DNA of 64,000 nt, taken from NCBI GenBank assembly GCA_047602405.1, contig JASGHJ010000001.1, positions 256,001 to 320,000 of the forward strand, written 5' to 3'. This document shows positions 10,548 through 20,686 of this stretch, piece after piece. The notes beneath the pieces were generated by a model. The model was not told the DNA's origin and searched no databases. It saw nothing but the letters and a program-made list of their open reading frames with translations. The position numbers were made by a program, and so were the translations under genes. The DNA is from Anaeromyxobacteraceae bacterium (GTDB lineage Bacteria > Myxococcota > Myxococcia > Myxococcales > Anaeromyxobacteraceae). Numbering within the stretch: the stretch's first letter is position 1; the number at the start of each line of letters is the position of its first letter.

Positions 10548-11053
10548 ATCCATTGCAGGTTGCAGCATGTTCACGGTCGGTGTTCACGCGCAATCCGTGC
10601 GCGCCGACTCCACGCTGCGTCCGGGTTCCGTTCGAGCGGATGGGCGCTCCGAAGCGCTCGGAACCTGTACCGAATTCCTGGGACGCGCCAGATCGTCGCG
10701 CCGCCGGGAGGCCGTGCACCGCACGTAAAGCCGAGTGAATTCACGGTGAGACGCGGTCCCCCTGCGACAGCGTATCGCACCTAACCCCCCGCACGGCTGA
10801 GCGATTTCCACACAGTGAACCCGCTGTGTCCGCCACACCCATGAGGGACGAATGGTGCGCTGGTGTGGTTCTCGCGGAGTCGGGTACGCAAACCCTGCAT
10901 CACGCAGCAGGGACGTGACTCACGGTGCATCGCTGGGGCGATCGCGGTGGGTGACGGCAGGGCCGGGCGTCGATCCCGTTCGCTGGGGCGAGCGGGGGGC
11001 GAGGACCGGAAGACACGCCGCGCGGGCGAGAGGCCTGCGACGGAGGGGGATAC

Positions 11054-14000
11054 ATGAAGAGCAATCCAGCCCGCACGGGCAGCCGCGCGCTGCTCGTCGC
11101 ACTCGTGGCAGGTCTCGCCACCCAGGCGCACGCCGGACCGGGCAGCGTGCTCGATCCGCAGGGCGTCGCCCAGCCGACCTACTACGCGAACAGCCCGCAG
11201 CTCACGAAGTTCATCGACACGCTCCCGGGCCTCGGCCCTGCGGGCGCGAACAACCTCGGCAGCTACCTTCCGGTGGCGGTGCCCGACACCACGACGTACC
11301 CGGGCGCCGACTACTACGAGATCGCGATCGTCGAGTACACCCAGCGCCTCCACTCCGAGCTCGCGAAGCCGACGAAGCTCCGCGGCTACGTGCAGAAGAT
11401 CGCCGGCGTGAACGGGACGCCGATGTACCTCGGCCCCGTGATCGTCGCGCACCGTGACCGCCCGGTCCGCGTGAAGGTCTTCAACGAGCTCCAGACCGGC
11501 ATCCCGTTCTTCATCCCGGTCGACGCCACGGTCATGGGCGCCGGCAAGGGCAACCTGCAGGCCGACGGCGTCACCCCCTGCAATCCCCTCGATCCGGCCC
11601 AGGCGCCCCTCTGCGCGAGCTACTCCGAGCAGCGCGTCGGCGTGCACCTCCACGGCGGCCTGACGCCCTGGATCTCCGACGGCCTCCCGCACCAGTGGAT
11701 CGCCCCCGCCGGCGAGACCAGCCCGTACAAGGTGGGCGTCGGCGCGCGCGACGTGCCGGACATGGCGCAGGACCAGGTGAACTACCTGCCGTCCGGCGGC
11801 GCGATGTCGCTCTACTACCCGAACCAGCAGAGCGGCCGCCTGATGTTCTACCACGACCACGCGTACGGCCTGACCCGCCTCAACGTGTACGGCGGCGTGG
11901 CCGCGGGCTACCTGCTCCGCGACGACGTGGAGACCGCGCTCACCGCGGGCGTCGAGGACCTGCCGCTCGTCGTGCAGGACAAGTCCTTCGTCCCGTCCGA
12001 CATCGCCGTGCAGGACTCGAAGTGGGACCTCACGAAGTGGGGCCAGCCGGGCGACCTCTGGTTCCCGCACATGTACGAGGAGAACCAGGACCCGACCTGC
12101 TCCTGGGACATCAACTGCATGAACCCGCTGGGCCGCTGGGACTACGGCCCCTGGATCTGGCCGCCGGTGCAGCTGCCCGGTAACCCGGTCAACCCGTCCG
12201 CCGCCCTCACCGCGTCCATCGTCCCCGAGGCGTTCATGGACGTGATGATGGTGAACGGCACGGTCTACCCGAAGGCCGTCGTCCAGCCGAAGGCGTACCG
12301 CCTCCGCATCCTCAACGCCTCCAACGACCGCTTCCTGAACCTCCAGCTCTACTACGCGGTCGCGAACCCCACCTTCGACACCGTCCGCAAGGCGTACTTC
12401 GACCGCGTGACCGGCGATCGCTGCGAGGGCTCCAGCTTCGCGCCGTCCGCCTGCACCGAGGTCGCCATGGTGCCGCGCAACGGCGACACCTACACGACCG
12501 TGTGGGGCGACGACTCCACCGTCCCGTTCGATGGCCGCCCCGGCGGCGTCCCGAACCCGGTCAACGCCGGCCCGAAGATGTTCCAGATCGCGACCGAGGG
12601 CGGCCTGCTGCCCGCGGCCGTGCTCAAGAACGCGCCCCCGATCCCGGTCACCTACGACACCGACCCGAAGTCGATGACGGTCGGCAACGTGATCGACGGT
12701 ACGCTCATCCTCGGCCCCGCCGAGCGCGCCGAGGTGGTGGTCGACTTCTCGCAGGTGCCCGCGGGCTCGACCCTCATCCTCTACAACGACGCCCCGGCCG
12801 CGTTCCCCGCCGGTGATCAGCGGTACGACTACTACACGTTCGGTCCGGACTGGACCGACGCCGGCGGCGCGCCGTCGCCGCAGGTCGGCAAGGGCCCGAA
12901 CACCCGCACGGTGATGCAGTTCGTCGTCGACCCGGCCGGCACCCCGGCCGCGGCGTACGACTTCGCCGCCCTGCAGGCCGCCGTGCCCGCCGCCTACGCG
13001 GCGTCGCAGGAGAAGCCGCTCGTCCCCGAGCCGGACTACCGCGGCTCCTTCCCGGGCCAGCCGGTGAAGGGCCAGTACGCCCGCATCAACATGACCACCT
13101 CGTTCACCTTCACGGACGACGCGGGCGTGGTGCGCTCGCTCCCGATCCACCAGAAGGCGATCGCGGAGGAGTTCGACCCGGTGTGGGGCCGCATGTCCGC
13201 CGTCCTCGGCACCGAGGCGATGGTCACCGGCAACCAGGGCCAGAACACGTTCGGCTTCATGTACGTGGACCCGGCGACCGAGGTCGTGCCGCAGGGTGAG
13301 ACGCAGATCTGGAAGGTCACCCACAACGGCGTCGACACCCACGCCATCCACTTCCACCTCCTCAACGTCCAGGTCATCAACCGCGTCGACTGGGCCGGCG
13401 TCGTCAAGCCGCCGGATCCGAACGAGGTCGGCTGGAAGGAGACCGTCCGCATGAACCCGCTCGAGGACATCATCGTCGCCGTCCGGGCCATGCCGCCGAA
13501 GCTCCCCTTCACCGTCCCGACGTCGAAGCGCGTCCGCGACGTGACCCGCCCCACCGGCGTCGCCGCCATGGCGAACCTGATGAACTTCACGACGCCCTGG
13601 CCGTACGAGCAGCCCCAGGGCGCCACGCCGGCCGCCGACCCGGGCACCACCACGCTGAACGACGTCACCGACTACGGGTGGGAGTACGTGTGGCACTGCC
13701 ATCTCCTCGGCCACGAGGAGAACGACATGATGCGCCCGCTCGTGTTCACGAACGTCACCAACTACAACACCGCTGACGTGTTCGCGCCGACCATCACCGC
13801 CACCCCGGCGACCGGCGCGACCATCTTCGGCTCCACCGTCATCACGCTGTCGGTGACCGACGCCGCGGCCGGCCGTCCGAAGTACCTCGACACCGGCGTG
13901 GTCTCGTTCTCCTACTCCGTGAACGGCGGCGCCCCGGTGGTGGTCAACGGCACGACCGCGACGATCAACCCTCCGGCCGGCGGCTGGGCGGGTGACCTCG

Positions 14001-14719
14001 TCGTCACCGCGACGGCGATCGACGCCGCGGCGGTGCCGAACGTCGCGAACGCCACGTTCAGCTACACGCGGGCGACCCTGGCCTCCCCGACGCTCACCAC
14101 CCCGGTGAACCCGGTCACGGTCCAGGGCGCCACCCGCAACGTCACCATCCGCTGGACGTACCCGACGGGCCAGGGCCAGACCGGCTTCGCCGTCGAGCGC
14201 GCCCCGGTGGTCGGCGGCGTCGTCGGCGCCTTCGTGCAGGTCGCCGGCCCCGCCGTGACGAGCCCGTACACGCACCAGCTGCCCGCCATCCCGACCACGC
14301 AGGCGCTCGCCGTCCAGTGGGTGTTCCGTGTCGTGGCGCTCCAGAACGCGCTCAGGTCGCCTCCGAGCAACCTGTCCGCGCTCGTGACGCAGCTCCCGAT
14401 CGCGCCCACCTCTCCGAGCGGCGCGACCGCCACGGCCAACGCGGCGAACCCGCGGCAGCTGACGGTCGGCTGGAACGACCGCTCGCAGAACGAGGCCGGG
14501 TTCACGATCTGGCGGCAGGAGAGCGCCACCGGCAACGGCGGCTGGGCGGGTGACACCGCGTGGGACGTCCCGGCCGTCGCGGGCATCAGCCCGCCCGCCC
14601 GGACCTACGTCGACACGGGCCTCACCACCGGCCGCTACTACCGGTACCGCGTGCAGGCGTTCAACGCCGGCGGCTCCACCGCGTACACGGCCTACTCCAC
14701 GGCCACCCGCGCGCCGTAA
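11054..14719 (+). CDS. Secreted multicopper oxidase with C-terminal Ig/fibronectin type III domains
   Basis: Signal peptide; copper motifs HLHG, YHDH, HAIHFH, WHCHLLGHEENDMM; FN3-like WNDRSQNEAGF and YRYRVQAFN; GGAGGGG RBS. Confidence 0.92.
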   Translation: MKSNPARTGSRALLVALVAGLATQAHAGPGSVLDPQGVAQPTYYANSPQLTKFIDTLPGLGPAGANNLGSYLPVAVPDTTTYPGADYYEIAIVEYTQRLHSELAKPTKLRGYVQKIAGVNGTPMYLGPVIVAHRDRPVRVKVFNELQTGIPFFIPVDATVMGAGKGNLQADGVTPCNPLDPAQAPLCASYSEQRVGVHLHGGLTPWISDGLPHQWIAPAGETSPYKVGVGARDVPDMAQDQVNYLPSGGAMSLYYPNQQSGRLMFYHDHAYGLTRLNVYGGVAAGYLLRDDVETALTAGVEDLPLVVQDKSFVPSDIAVQDSKWDLTKWGQPGDLWFPHMYEENQDPTCSWDINCMNPLGRWDYGPWIWPPVQLPGNPVNPSAALTASIVPEAFMDVMMVNGTVYPKAVVQPKAYRLRILNASNDRFLNLQLYYAVANPTFDTVRKAYFDRVTGDRCEGSSFAPSACTEVAMVPRNGDTYTTVWGDDSTVPFDGRPGGVPNPVNAGPKMFQIATEGGLLPAAVLKNAPPIPVTYDTDPKSMTVGNVIDGTLILGPAERAEVVVDFSQVPAGSTLILYNDAPAAFPAGDQRYDYYTFGPDWTDAGGAPSPQVGKGPNTRTVMQFVVDPAGTPAAAYDFAALQAAVPAAYAASQEKPLVPEPDYRGSFPGQPVKGQYARINMTTSFTFTDDAGVVRSLPIHQKAIAEEFDPVWGRMSAVLGTEAMVTGNQGQNTFGFMYVDPATEVVPQGETQIWKVTHNGVDTHAIHFHLLNVQVINRVDWAGVVKPPDPNEVGWKETVRMNPLEDIIVAVRAMPPKLPFTVPTSKRVRDVTRPTGVAAMANLMNFTTPWPYEQPQGATPAADPGTTTLNDVTDYGWEYVWHCHLLGHEENDMMRPLVFTNVTNYNTADVFAPTITATPATGATIFGSTVITLSVTDAAAGRPKYLDTGVVSFSYSVNGGAPVVVNGTTATINPPAGGWAGDLVVTATAIDAAAVPNVANATFSYTRATLASPTLTTPVNPVTVQGATRNVTIRWTYPTGQGQTGFAVERAPVVGGVVGAFVQVAGPAVTSPYTHQLPAIPTTQALAVQWVFRVVALQNALRSPPSNLSALVTQLPIAPTSPSGATATANAANPRQLTVGWNDRSQNEAGFTIWRQESATGNGGWAGDTAWDVPAVAGISPPARTYVDTGLTTGRYYRYRVQAFNAGGSTAYTAYSTATRAP

Positions 14720-14741
14720 CGGACCGCCGCAGGTAGTCTGA

Positions 14742-14780
14742 GGAGGGGAGGGGGGAAGGTCCCCCCTCCCCTTCGCTTTT
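14742..14780 (+). terminator. Rho-independent terminator after the multicopper oxidase
   Basis: GGAGGGGAGGGGGGA-agg-TCCCCCCTCCCCTTC stem followed by gcTTTT. Confidence 0.75.
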
Positions 14781-14834
14781 GCGACACGTTTTCACTCGAT
14801 CTCGGTACCTCGGATTCGCGCCGCATCGGAGAAG

Positions 14835-15530
14835 ATGGAGACCATGAAGACCGCGCTCGCCCTCGCCGTGCTCCTCGCCGTGCCCGCCGCCGCCCGCGCA
14901 GGCGACGACCCCGCCACCTGGACCAAGAAGCAGTCCGGCTCGTACGCCTTCGGCGTCGACATGGGCCGCGGCTTCGCGAAGCAGGGCGTCGAGGTCGACG
15001 TCGAGCTCCTCGCCCGCGGCATCCAGGACGCCCTCGAGGGCAAGGCGCCGCCCATCACCGAGCGCGAGCTCGGGCAGGCCCTCGGGAAGTTCCAGGGCGA
15101 CCTCCGCGTGAAGCAGGAGATGACCCGCCGCCGCGATGCCGCCCAGAACCGGCTCACGAGCGACGCCTGGATGGCGGACAACGCGAAGAAGGCCGGCGTG
15201 ACCACGCTCGCGAGCGGCCTGCAGTACCAGGTGCTCGCCGCCGGGAGGGGCAAGCCCGCCGGCGACGTCGAGCTCGTCATCGCCCGCTGGCGGGCCACGC
15301 TCCCCGACGGCGCCGAGGTCGACTCCTCCGCCGCCCAGCCCGAGGGCGCCCCGCTCCGCGTCGCCGCCGCGGTCCCGGGCGTGCGCGAGGCCCTGAAGCT
15401 CATGACCCCCGGCGCGAAGTGGCAGCTCTTCGTGCCCCCGCACCTCGGCTACCAGGACAAGGGCCGCGGCCGCGAGATCCCGCCGAACGCCGTCCTCCTC
15501 TACGAGCTCGAGCTCGTCCGCGTCCCCTGA
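14835..15530 (+). CDS. FKBP-type peptidyl-prolyl isomerase (FkpA/Mip-like, exported)
   Basis: Signal peptide, SYAFGVDMG, ASGLQYQVL, VPPHLGY, IPPNAVLLYELEL. Confidence 0.88.
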   Translation: METMKTALALAVLLAVPAAARAGDDPATWTKKQSGSYAFGVDMGRGFAKQGVEVDVELLARGIQDALEGKAPPITERELGQALGKFQGDLRVKQEMTRRRDAAQNRLTSDAWMADNAKKAGVTTLASGLQYQVLAAGRGKPAGDVELVIARWRATLPDGAEVDSSAAQPEGAPLRVAAAVPGVREALKLMTPGAKWQLFVPPHLGYQDKGRGREIPPNAVLLYELELVRVP

Positions 15531-15538
15531 GCCCGTCG

Positions 15539-16111
15539 ATGGCCACCCGGAAGTCGCTCACCTTCGCCGCCGCCGCCGTCCTCCTCCTCGCCGGCCTCGC
15601 CGGGTTCGGCGTGTGGTGGCTCACGCGCGAGGCGCCGCCCGCCGCGGCGCCGCCCGTGGCGGCCCTCCCCGCCCCGGCGGCGGAGCCGATCCCCGCGCCG
15701 GTGGCGCTGCCGGTCCTGCCGCCGGACCCCGGGCCCCCGGGCGTCGTCCCGCGCCCGACCGCGGCCGACCCGAAGCCGGTCCGCACCACCAACCTCGCCA
15801 ACATGGGCGTGGGCCGCTTCACCGGCGTGCCCTCCGACGTGTTCGGCGCGCTCCGGCCGCTCGGCCAGCGCGTCGCCCGCTGCGTGAGCCCGACCCCGCG
15901 CGCCGTCGCCGGCCCGCCGCACACCGTGACCCTCACGATGAAAACGCTCGACGGCAAGATCCGGGTCGTCGGCGCCGTCGCGCCGCGCGGCACGCCCGAC
16001 CACGAGGAGGTCACGCGCTGCGCGCGCGCCGAGCTCGTCGGGCAGGAGGTCGAGTCGGTGGACGCGGTCGCCGGGCGCACGTACAAGATGCCGTACCCGC
16101 TGCCCCGCTGA
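15539..16111 (+). CDS. Hypothetical membrane-anchored Pro-rich protein
   Basis: N-terminal TM helix, Pro-rich linker, two-Cys C-terminal domain; genome-typical codon usage. Confidence 0.6.
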   Translation: MATRKSLTFAAAAVLLLAGLAGFGVWWLTREAPPAAAPPVAALPAPAAEPIPAPVALPVLPPDPGPPGVVPRPTAADPKPVRTTNLANMGVGRFTGVPSDVFGALRPLGQRVARCVSPTPRAVAGPPHTVTLTMKTLDGKIRVVGAVAPRGTPDHEEVTRCARAELVGQEVESVDAVAGRTYKMPYPLPR

Positions 16112-16122
16112 GGAGCCGCTCC

Positions 16123-16953
16123 ATGCGCCACGCCCGCCTCGCCATCCTCGCCCTCGTCTGCGCCGCGGCCCGGCCCACCCTCGCCCAGCCCGCGGCAGCG
16201 ACGGCCCAGCCCGCGGCAGCGACGACGCAGCCCACGAGCCTCAAGGAGGCCGTCGCGGCCGCGGCCGCGGGCACCGCCGCGGGGCCGCTCCGGATCGCGG
16301 TGAAGCCGATGACGGCGTACGACCCGGCCCGCCAGGCCCTGCGGGCGCGGGTGCCCGCCGACGTGGAGACCGAGAGCCGGGAGGACGGCGAGAAGCGCGC
16401 CGTCACGGTCTACCGGCTCGCGCCCACCCGTCGCGAGGCGCTCGCGGTCGTCGAGACCACGGTGCCGTTCGGCGAGTCGAAGAAGGTGGTGGACGACCTC
16501 GAGCTCGTCGTGTCGTTCACCCTCGCAAAGCCGGGCCCGCAGGCGGTCCGCCGGGCCACCGCGAGGCACGCGCCCACGCGGGCCCAGCCGTGGGAGGGCT
16601 CGCTCGAGACGGTGGAGCTCCTCGTCGACGTCACCGACGTGCAGCTCGTGCGCCGCTCGACCGGCGCGGTCATGCCGCCGGTCGCGGCCGTGCAGCCGCA
16701 CGGCGAGACCGCCAACCGGCGGTTCCTCGACAACCAGGGGCGCCCGGGCTTCCGCTGGACCATGCGCTCGCAGGACGAGTACCTCGAGGTCTGCCGCTCG
16801 TCGCTCAAGGGCCAGGACTCGAACCTCTCCATCGAGCGCCGCTGCAAGTGCATGCTGATGCAGATGCAGGTGGCCTACCCGAAGCGCCCGCCGCCGGGCG
16901 GCGTGGACCCGAAGCGCGACCGCGAGATGCGCAAGGTCTGCTCGCCGCAGTAG
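16123..16953 (+). CDS. Hypothetical exported protein with Cys-rich C-terminus
   Basis: AGGAG RBS, signal peptide, AQPAAAT tandem repeat. Confidence 0.6.
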   Translation: MRHARLAILALVCAAARPTLAQPAAATAQPAAATTQPTSLKEAVAAAAAGTAAGPLRIAVKPMTAYDPARQALRARVPADVETESREDGEKRAVTVYRLAPTRREALAVVETTVPFGESKKVVDDLELVVSFTLAKPGPQAVRRATARHAPTRAQPWEGSLETVELLVDVTDVQLVRRSTGAVMPPVAAVQPHGETANRRFLDNQGRPGFRWTMRSQDEYLEVCRSSLKGQDSNLSIERRCKCMLMQMQVAYPKRPPPGGVDPKRDREMRKVCSPQ

Positions 16954-16957
16954 CCCG

Positions 16958-17020
16958 GCCCCGCTCGTCCTTCGACCTCGCCTGCCCTGAGCCCGTCGAG
17001 GGGCTCGGGATGAGCGGGGC
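16958..17020. repeat. REP-like palindromic element between convergent genes
   Basis: GCCCCGCTCGTCC...GGATGAGCGGGGC outer stem with inner CCTGAGCCC/GGGCTCGGG stem. Confidence 0.55.
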
Positions 17021-17021
17021 G

Positions 17022-18521
17022 CTACTCGAGCCCGTACTTCTTCGGATCGCCGCAGACCACCGCCGCCGCGAGCACGCGGGGGACGTAGTCGCGCGTCTCC
17101 TCGGGGAGCTTCTTCAGGCGATAGAGGTGCCAGAAGTCGCGCTTCTCCTTGCGGAAGCCGTCCTTCTCCTTCGCCACGTCCCGCAGCGCGCGCCGCACGC
17201 CGAACTCGCCGCGGTTGTAGCTCGCGAGCGCCAGCATGAAGGAGTCGGAGCCGAACTCGGCGAGGAGCGCGGCGAGCTTGCGCGCGGCGGCCCGCGTCTG
17301 CTTCGGCACGTCGAGCCGCTCGTCGACCTTGCCGTCCACGACGAGCCCGAGCTCCTTCGCGGTGCCGGAGGTCATCTGCCACATGCCCTTCGCGCCGGCG
17401 GGCGAGACGGCGTCCGGGTCGAAGCCGGTCTCGGCCCAGGCGATGTACGCCATCTCCTCGGGCAGGCCGAGCGCCGAGAACTCCTTCGTGATGAGCGGCC
17501 AGTGGCGGGAGCGGCGGTTGTAGACGAGGCGCAGGTTGCTCGCGCCCGCGAGCTTCTGCACCTCCTCGGCGAGCGCCTCCTTGAAGACCGGCGGCACCGC
17601 GTAGGTGCCCGCGTCGAACTTCCCGAGGATCCGCCGGATGGCCCGGTCGAGCTCGTCGCCGGACTCCTCGAGCTCCTTCGCCTTCGCGACGTCCTTCTGC
17701 GCGAGCTCGCCGAGCGCCGCCTGGGCGCTCCCGGTGAGGTCGGAGAGCCGCGACTCGAGGGCGGCGAGCTTCTCGGGGTCCGACTCGCCCTCCATCTGCC
17801 GCTGCACCGCGACGATGTCGGCGTCGTAGCCCTTCTTCTGCGAGACGAGCTGGGCAATCTCCCGCTGCTGGTACCAGATGACGGCGCCCATCACGATCGC
17901 GACGAGGACGCCCGCCCCGCCGACGGCGACGACCACCTTCTTCCAGCGCTCCCCGACGCGGAGCGAGGTGACCGCCTGCACCTCGGCCAGCGCCTCGGCG
18001 AAGAAGGCCATGGTCTTGCCGCTCGACCGGCCGCCCGCCCGGGCACGCTCCTGCGCGACCTTCTGCGTGGTCACGTCGGCGAGCCGCTGCGCGAGCGGAT
18101 CCGCGGCCGCCTGCTCGGCGTCGCCCGCGAGCGGGAGCGGCGTCCCCGGCATCGTGGACGCGACCAGGGTCCGGCGCCCGCCGGCCGCCGCGGCGGCGAC
18201 GGCCTCCTCGTCGACGTCGACCCGCACCTCGACGCCGTTCTCGCCGCCGAAGAGCACGACGTCGCCGTCGACGAGCCGGTGCTTCACGACCCGCTCGCCG
18301 TTCACCCAGGTGCCGTTCGTCGAGGCGGTGTCGAGGAGGACCCAGCCCTCGTCGTCGCGCACGAGCTGGGCGTGGTGGCCGGAGACCTCGCGGCCGAGCT
18401 CGTCGTCGAAGCGCAGGTCGCAGTCGGAGGCCCGCCCGATGGTGACGAGCTTCTTGCCGTCCCTGCCGAGCACGGTCTTCGTGCCCTCGAGGTGGCCCGT
18501 GAGAAAGCGGAAGATGACCAT
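17022..18521 (-). CDS. FHA domain - TM - lytic transglycosylase (SLT) fusion
   Basis: FHA IGR...VSGHHA...STNGTWVNG; SLT AETGFDPDAVSPAGAKGMWQM, ALASYNRGE, ETRDYVPRV. Confidence 0.88.
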   Translation of the reverse strand: MVIFRFLTGHLEGTKTVLGRDGKKLVTIGRASDCDLRFDDELGREVSGHHAQLVRDDEGWVLLDTASTNGTWVNGERVVKHRLVDGDVVLFGGENGVEVRVDVDEEAVAAAAAGGRRTLVASTMPGTPLPLAGDAEQAAADPLAQRLADVTTQKVAQERARAGGRSSGKTMAFFAEALAEVQAVTSLRVGERWKKVVVAVGGAGVLVAIVMGAVIWYQQREIAQLVSQKKGYDADIVAVQRQMEGESDPEKLAALESRLSDLTGSAQAALGELAQKDVAKAKELEESGDELDRAIRRILGKFDAGTYAVPPVFKEALAEEVQKLAGASNLRLVYNRRSRHWPLITKEFSALGLPEEMAYIAWAETGFDPDAVSPAGAKGMWQMTSGTAKELGLVVDGKVDERLDVPKQTRAAARKLAALLAEFGSDSFMLALASYNRGEFGVRRALRDVAKEKDGFRKEKRDFWHLYRLKKLPEETRDYVPRVLAAAVVCGDPKKYGLE

Positions 18522-18654
18522 GCGCCAGGCTCGACCTTACGACGCCCGGGCGGCGGGCGCACCACCTCCCTGCTCGCCCCCCTGACCGGGGTCCCACGCC
18601 CGCCGTCCGGTGCACCGGGGCGTACGCCGCGCGCGGCTCGTGCAGCGCCTCGCC

Positions 18655-19584
18655 TCAGAAGAGCGTGCCCTGGGCAGGCGGGGACCCGACCCGGGCCGGC
18701 GGCGCGGGGGCCGGCCCCTCCTCCGGCACCGCGTACGGCCCGAGCACCTTCGCGTAGCGGTCGAGGAGCGGCGCGGGCGCGCCCACCTTCTTCCCCCGCA
18801 CCATCGCCTCGAGCATCCGGGCGTTCGCGACGGCCTTCCCCTCGAAGTGGTTGTTCGTCACGACGTAGACGTCCGGGCGCGACGGGTCGGCGTCGAGCTC
18901 CTTCACGCGGGCCGCCCACGGGCGGAGCTCGTCGGCGCGGTAGAGGTAGTCGTAGCGGGCGTCGCGGCCGGCGCCCTCGCGGAACCAGTCCTTGAAGTTC
19001 CGGCCGTGCACGCGGACGTACGCCACCGGCGCGGTGACGCGCGCCGCGGGCGCGATCGAGCGCGAGAACATGGGCTGGTCCACGTTCACGATCCCGACCG
19101 CCCGCTCGGAGAGCTCCGCGAGGAAGTCCGGCGCCTCCCAGCTCGCGTGGCGCACCTCGAGGACGAGCGGCAGGCCGGCGAGCGCCTGGAAGACGCCCCG
19201 CAGCCACTCCTCGCTCCCGGGCGATCGCTTGAACGACCACGGGAACTGGACGAGCACGGCGCCGAGCCGCCCCGCCTCACGCAGCGCGTCGAGCGGCGCC
19301 CGGCCCGCGGCGACCTCCGCCGGCGTGGGCGGCGCCTCCCGCTCGTGCGTGAAGCGGCGCCAGGCCTTCACCGAGAAGCGGAACCCGGGCCAATCCTCCA
19401 CCCGCGCCGCCCACTTCAGCGCCGCGTCCGCCGTGAAGGGCCGGTAGAAGGTGGCGTTCACCTCGACCGTGTCGAACCAGGCCGCCAGCCACCGCAGCGG
19501 GTCGAAGCCCCGGGGGAGCGGGCGGGGGTACACCACCCCGGCCCAGTCCTTGTACTCCCAGCCCGCCGGCCCGTACCTGATCAC
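18655..19584 (-). CDS. DUF72 (YecE-like) protein
   Basis: GPAGWEYKDW, FDTVEVNATFYR, LVQFP, EVRHASW, YVRVHGRN, YDYLY, NNHFEG. Confidence 0.88.
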   Translation of the reverse strand: MIRYGPAGWEYKDWAGVVYPRPLPRGFDPLRWLAAWFDTVEVNATFYRPFTADAALKWAARVEDWPGFRFSVKAWRRFTHEREAPPTPAEVAAGRAPLDALREAGRLGAVLVQFPWSFKRSPGSEEWLRGVFQALAGLPLVLEVRHASWEAPDFLAELSERAVGIVNVDQPMFSRSIAPAARVTAPVAYVRVHGRNFKDWFREGAGRDARYDYLYRADELRPWAARVKELDADPSRPDVYVVTNNHFEGKAVANARMLEAMVRGKKVGAPAPLLDRYAKVLGPYAVPEEGPAPAPPARVGSPPAQGTLF

Positions 19585-19687
19585 TCGTTCGTCGTACCCG
19601 CTATCGCCCCCCGGGGCACGTGATTCGTCGGGCGTCGAGGCGGTGGCTTCCACCCGGCCGCGCAGGCGCTACAATCACCCTCCACCG

Positions 19688-20677
19688 ATGACCGACTTCG
19701 AGGCCGAGCCCACCTGGACGGAGCTGCCGCGCGCGCAGGGGGCCTCCTCCCGGCGCCACGCGTTCCTCATCGTGCTCGCCGGCCCGCAGTTCGGCGACGT
19801 CTTCTCCCTGCAGCCGGGCAAGGACCTCGTCATCGGCCGCCGCGAGGACGCCGACATCCAAATCCGCGACGACGGCGTCTCCCGCCGCCACGCCTCGGTG
19901 CGCGTCGTGGGCGAGGGCGCCGAGTTCAAGGATCTCGGCAGCGCGAACGGCACGTTCGTCGACGGGCAGCGGGTGAACGAGGCGAGCCTGGTCGACGGCT
20001 CCCGGCTCACGATCGGCCTCGTCACGACGCTCAAGTTCGTCTACGCCGACGAGCTCGAGGCGCGCTGGCAGCTCAAGGTGGCCGAGGGCGCGCTGCAGGA
20101 CCCCCTCACCGGCCTCTACAACCGGCGCCACCTCGAGGAGCGGCTCTCCGCCGAGCTCGCGGCCGCGCAGCGGCACCAGCGGCTCGTGTCGGTGCTGATG
20201 GTGGACGTCGACCACTTCAAGCGCATCAACGACGACCACGGCCACATGGCCGGCGACGAGGCGCTCAAGATGGTCGCCTACGTGCTCCGCGGCGCGATCC
20301 GCAAGGAGGACGTGCTCGCGCGCTTCGGCGGCGAGGAGTTCGTGGTGGTGGCCCGCGAGACCGGCCTCGCCGGCGCCCGGGCCCTCGGCGAGCGCATCCG
20401 GCGGGCGGTGGAGCGGTCGCGCTGCCAGTGGCAGGGCCGCGACCTCGCGCTCACCGTGTCGATCGGGGTGACGGTCTCGATCGGCCTCACCGACTACGTC
20501 GCCGGCGAGACCGACCGCGACATGATCCAGTCCGCCGACCAGGCGCTGTACCTCGCGAAGCAGGCGGGCCGGAACCGCGTCATCGCGATCCCGGTCCAGA
20601 CCGCCGCGCAGCGGCAGCGCGAGGGCGGCGGGGCGGCCGGCGGCGGCGGCAACACCCCGCCCCCGACCGCCGGCTGA
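19688..20677 (+). CDS. FHA-GGDEF diguanylate cyclase
   Basis: FHA IGR...VSRRHA...SANGT; DPLTGLYNRR, DVDHFKRINDDHGH, RKED I-site, RFGGEEF. Confidence 0.92.
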   Translation: MTDFEAEPTWTELPRAQGASSRRHAFLIVLAGPQFGDVFSLQPGKDLVIGRREDADIQIRDDGVSRRHASVRVVGEGAEFKDLGSANGTFVDGQRVNEASLVDGSRLTIGLVTTLKFVYADELEARWQLKVAEGALQDPLTGLYNRRHLEERLSAELAAAQRHQRLVSVLMVDVDHFKRINDDHGHMAGDEALKMVAYVLRGAIRKEDVLARFGGEEFVVVARETGLAGARALGERIRRAVERSRCQWQGRDLALTVSIGVTVSIGLTDYVAGETDRDMIQSADQALYLAKQAGRNRVIAIPVQTAAQRQREGGGAAGGGGNTPPPTAG

Positions 20678-20686
20678 GCCGGGCGC

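Noticed and set aside
10880..10900. Sigma-54 promoter upstream of the multicopper oxidase
   Set aside because: GG to GC spacing is 12, not the required 10.
10885..10960. c-di-GMP-I (GEMM) riboswitch
   Set aside because: Only GCAAACC...GGGACG resembles it; the GNRA loop and following CAAAGC are missing. Needs cmscan to settle.
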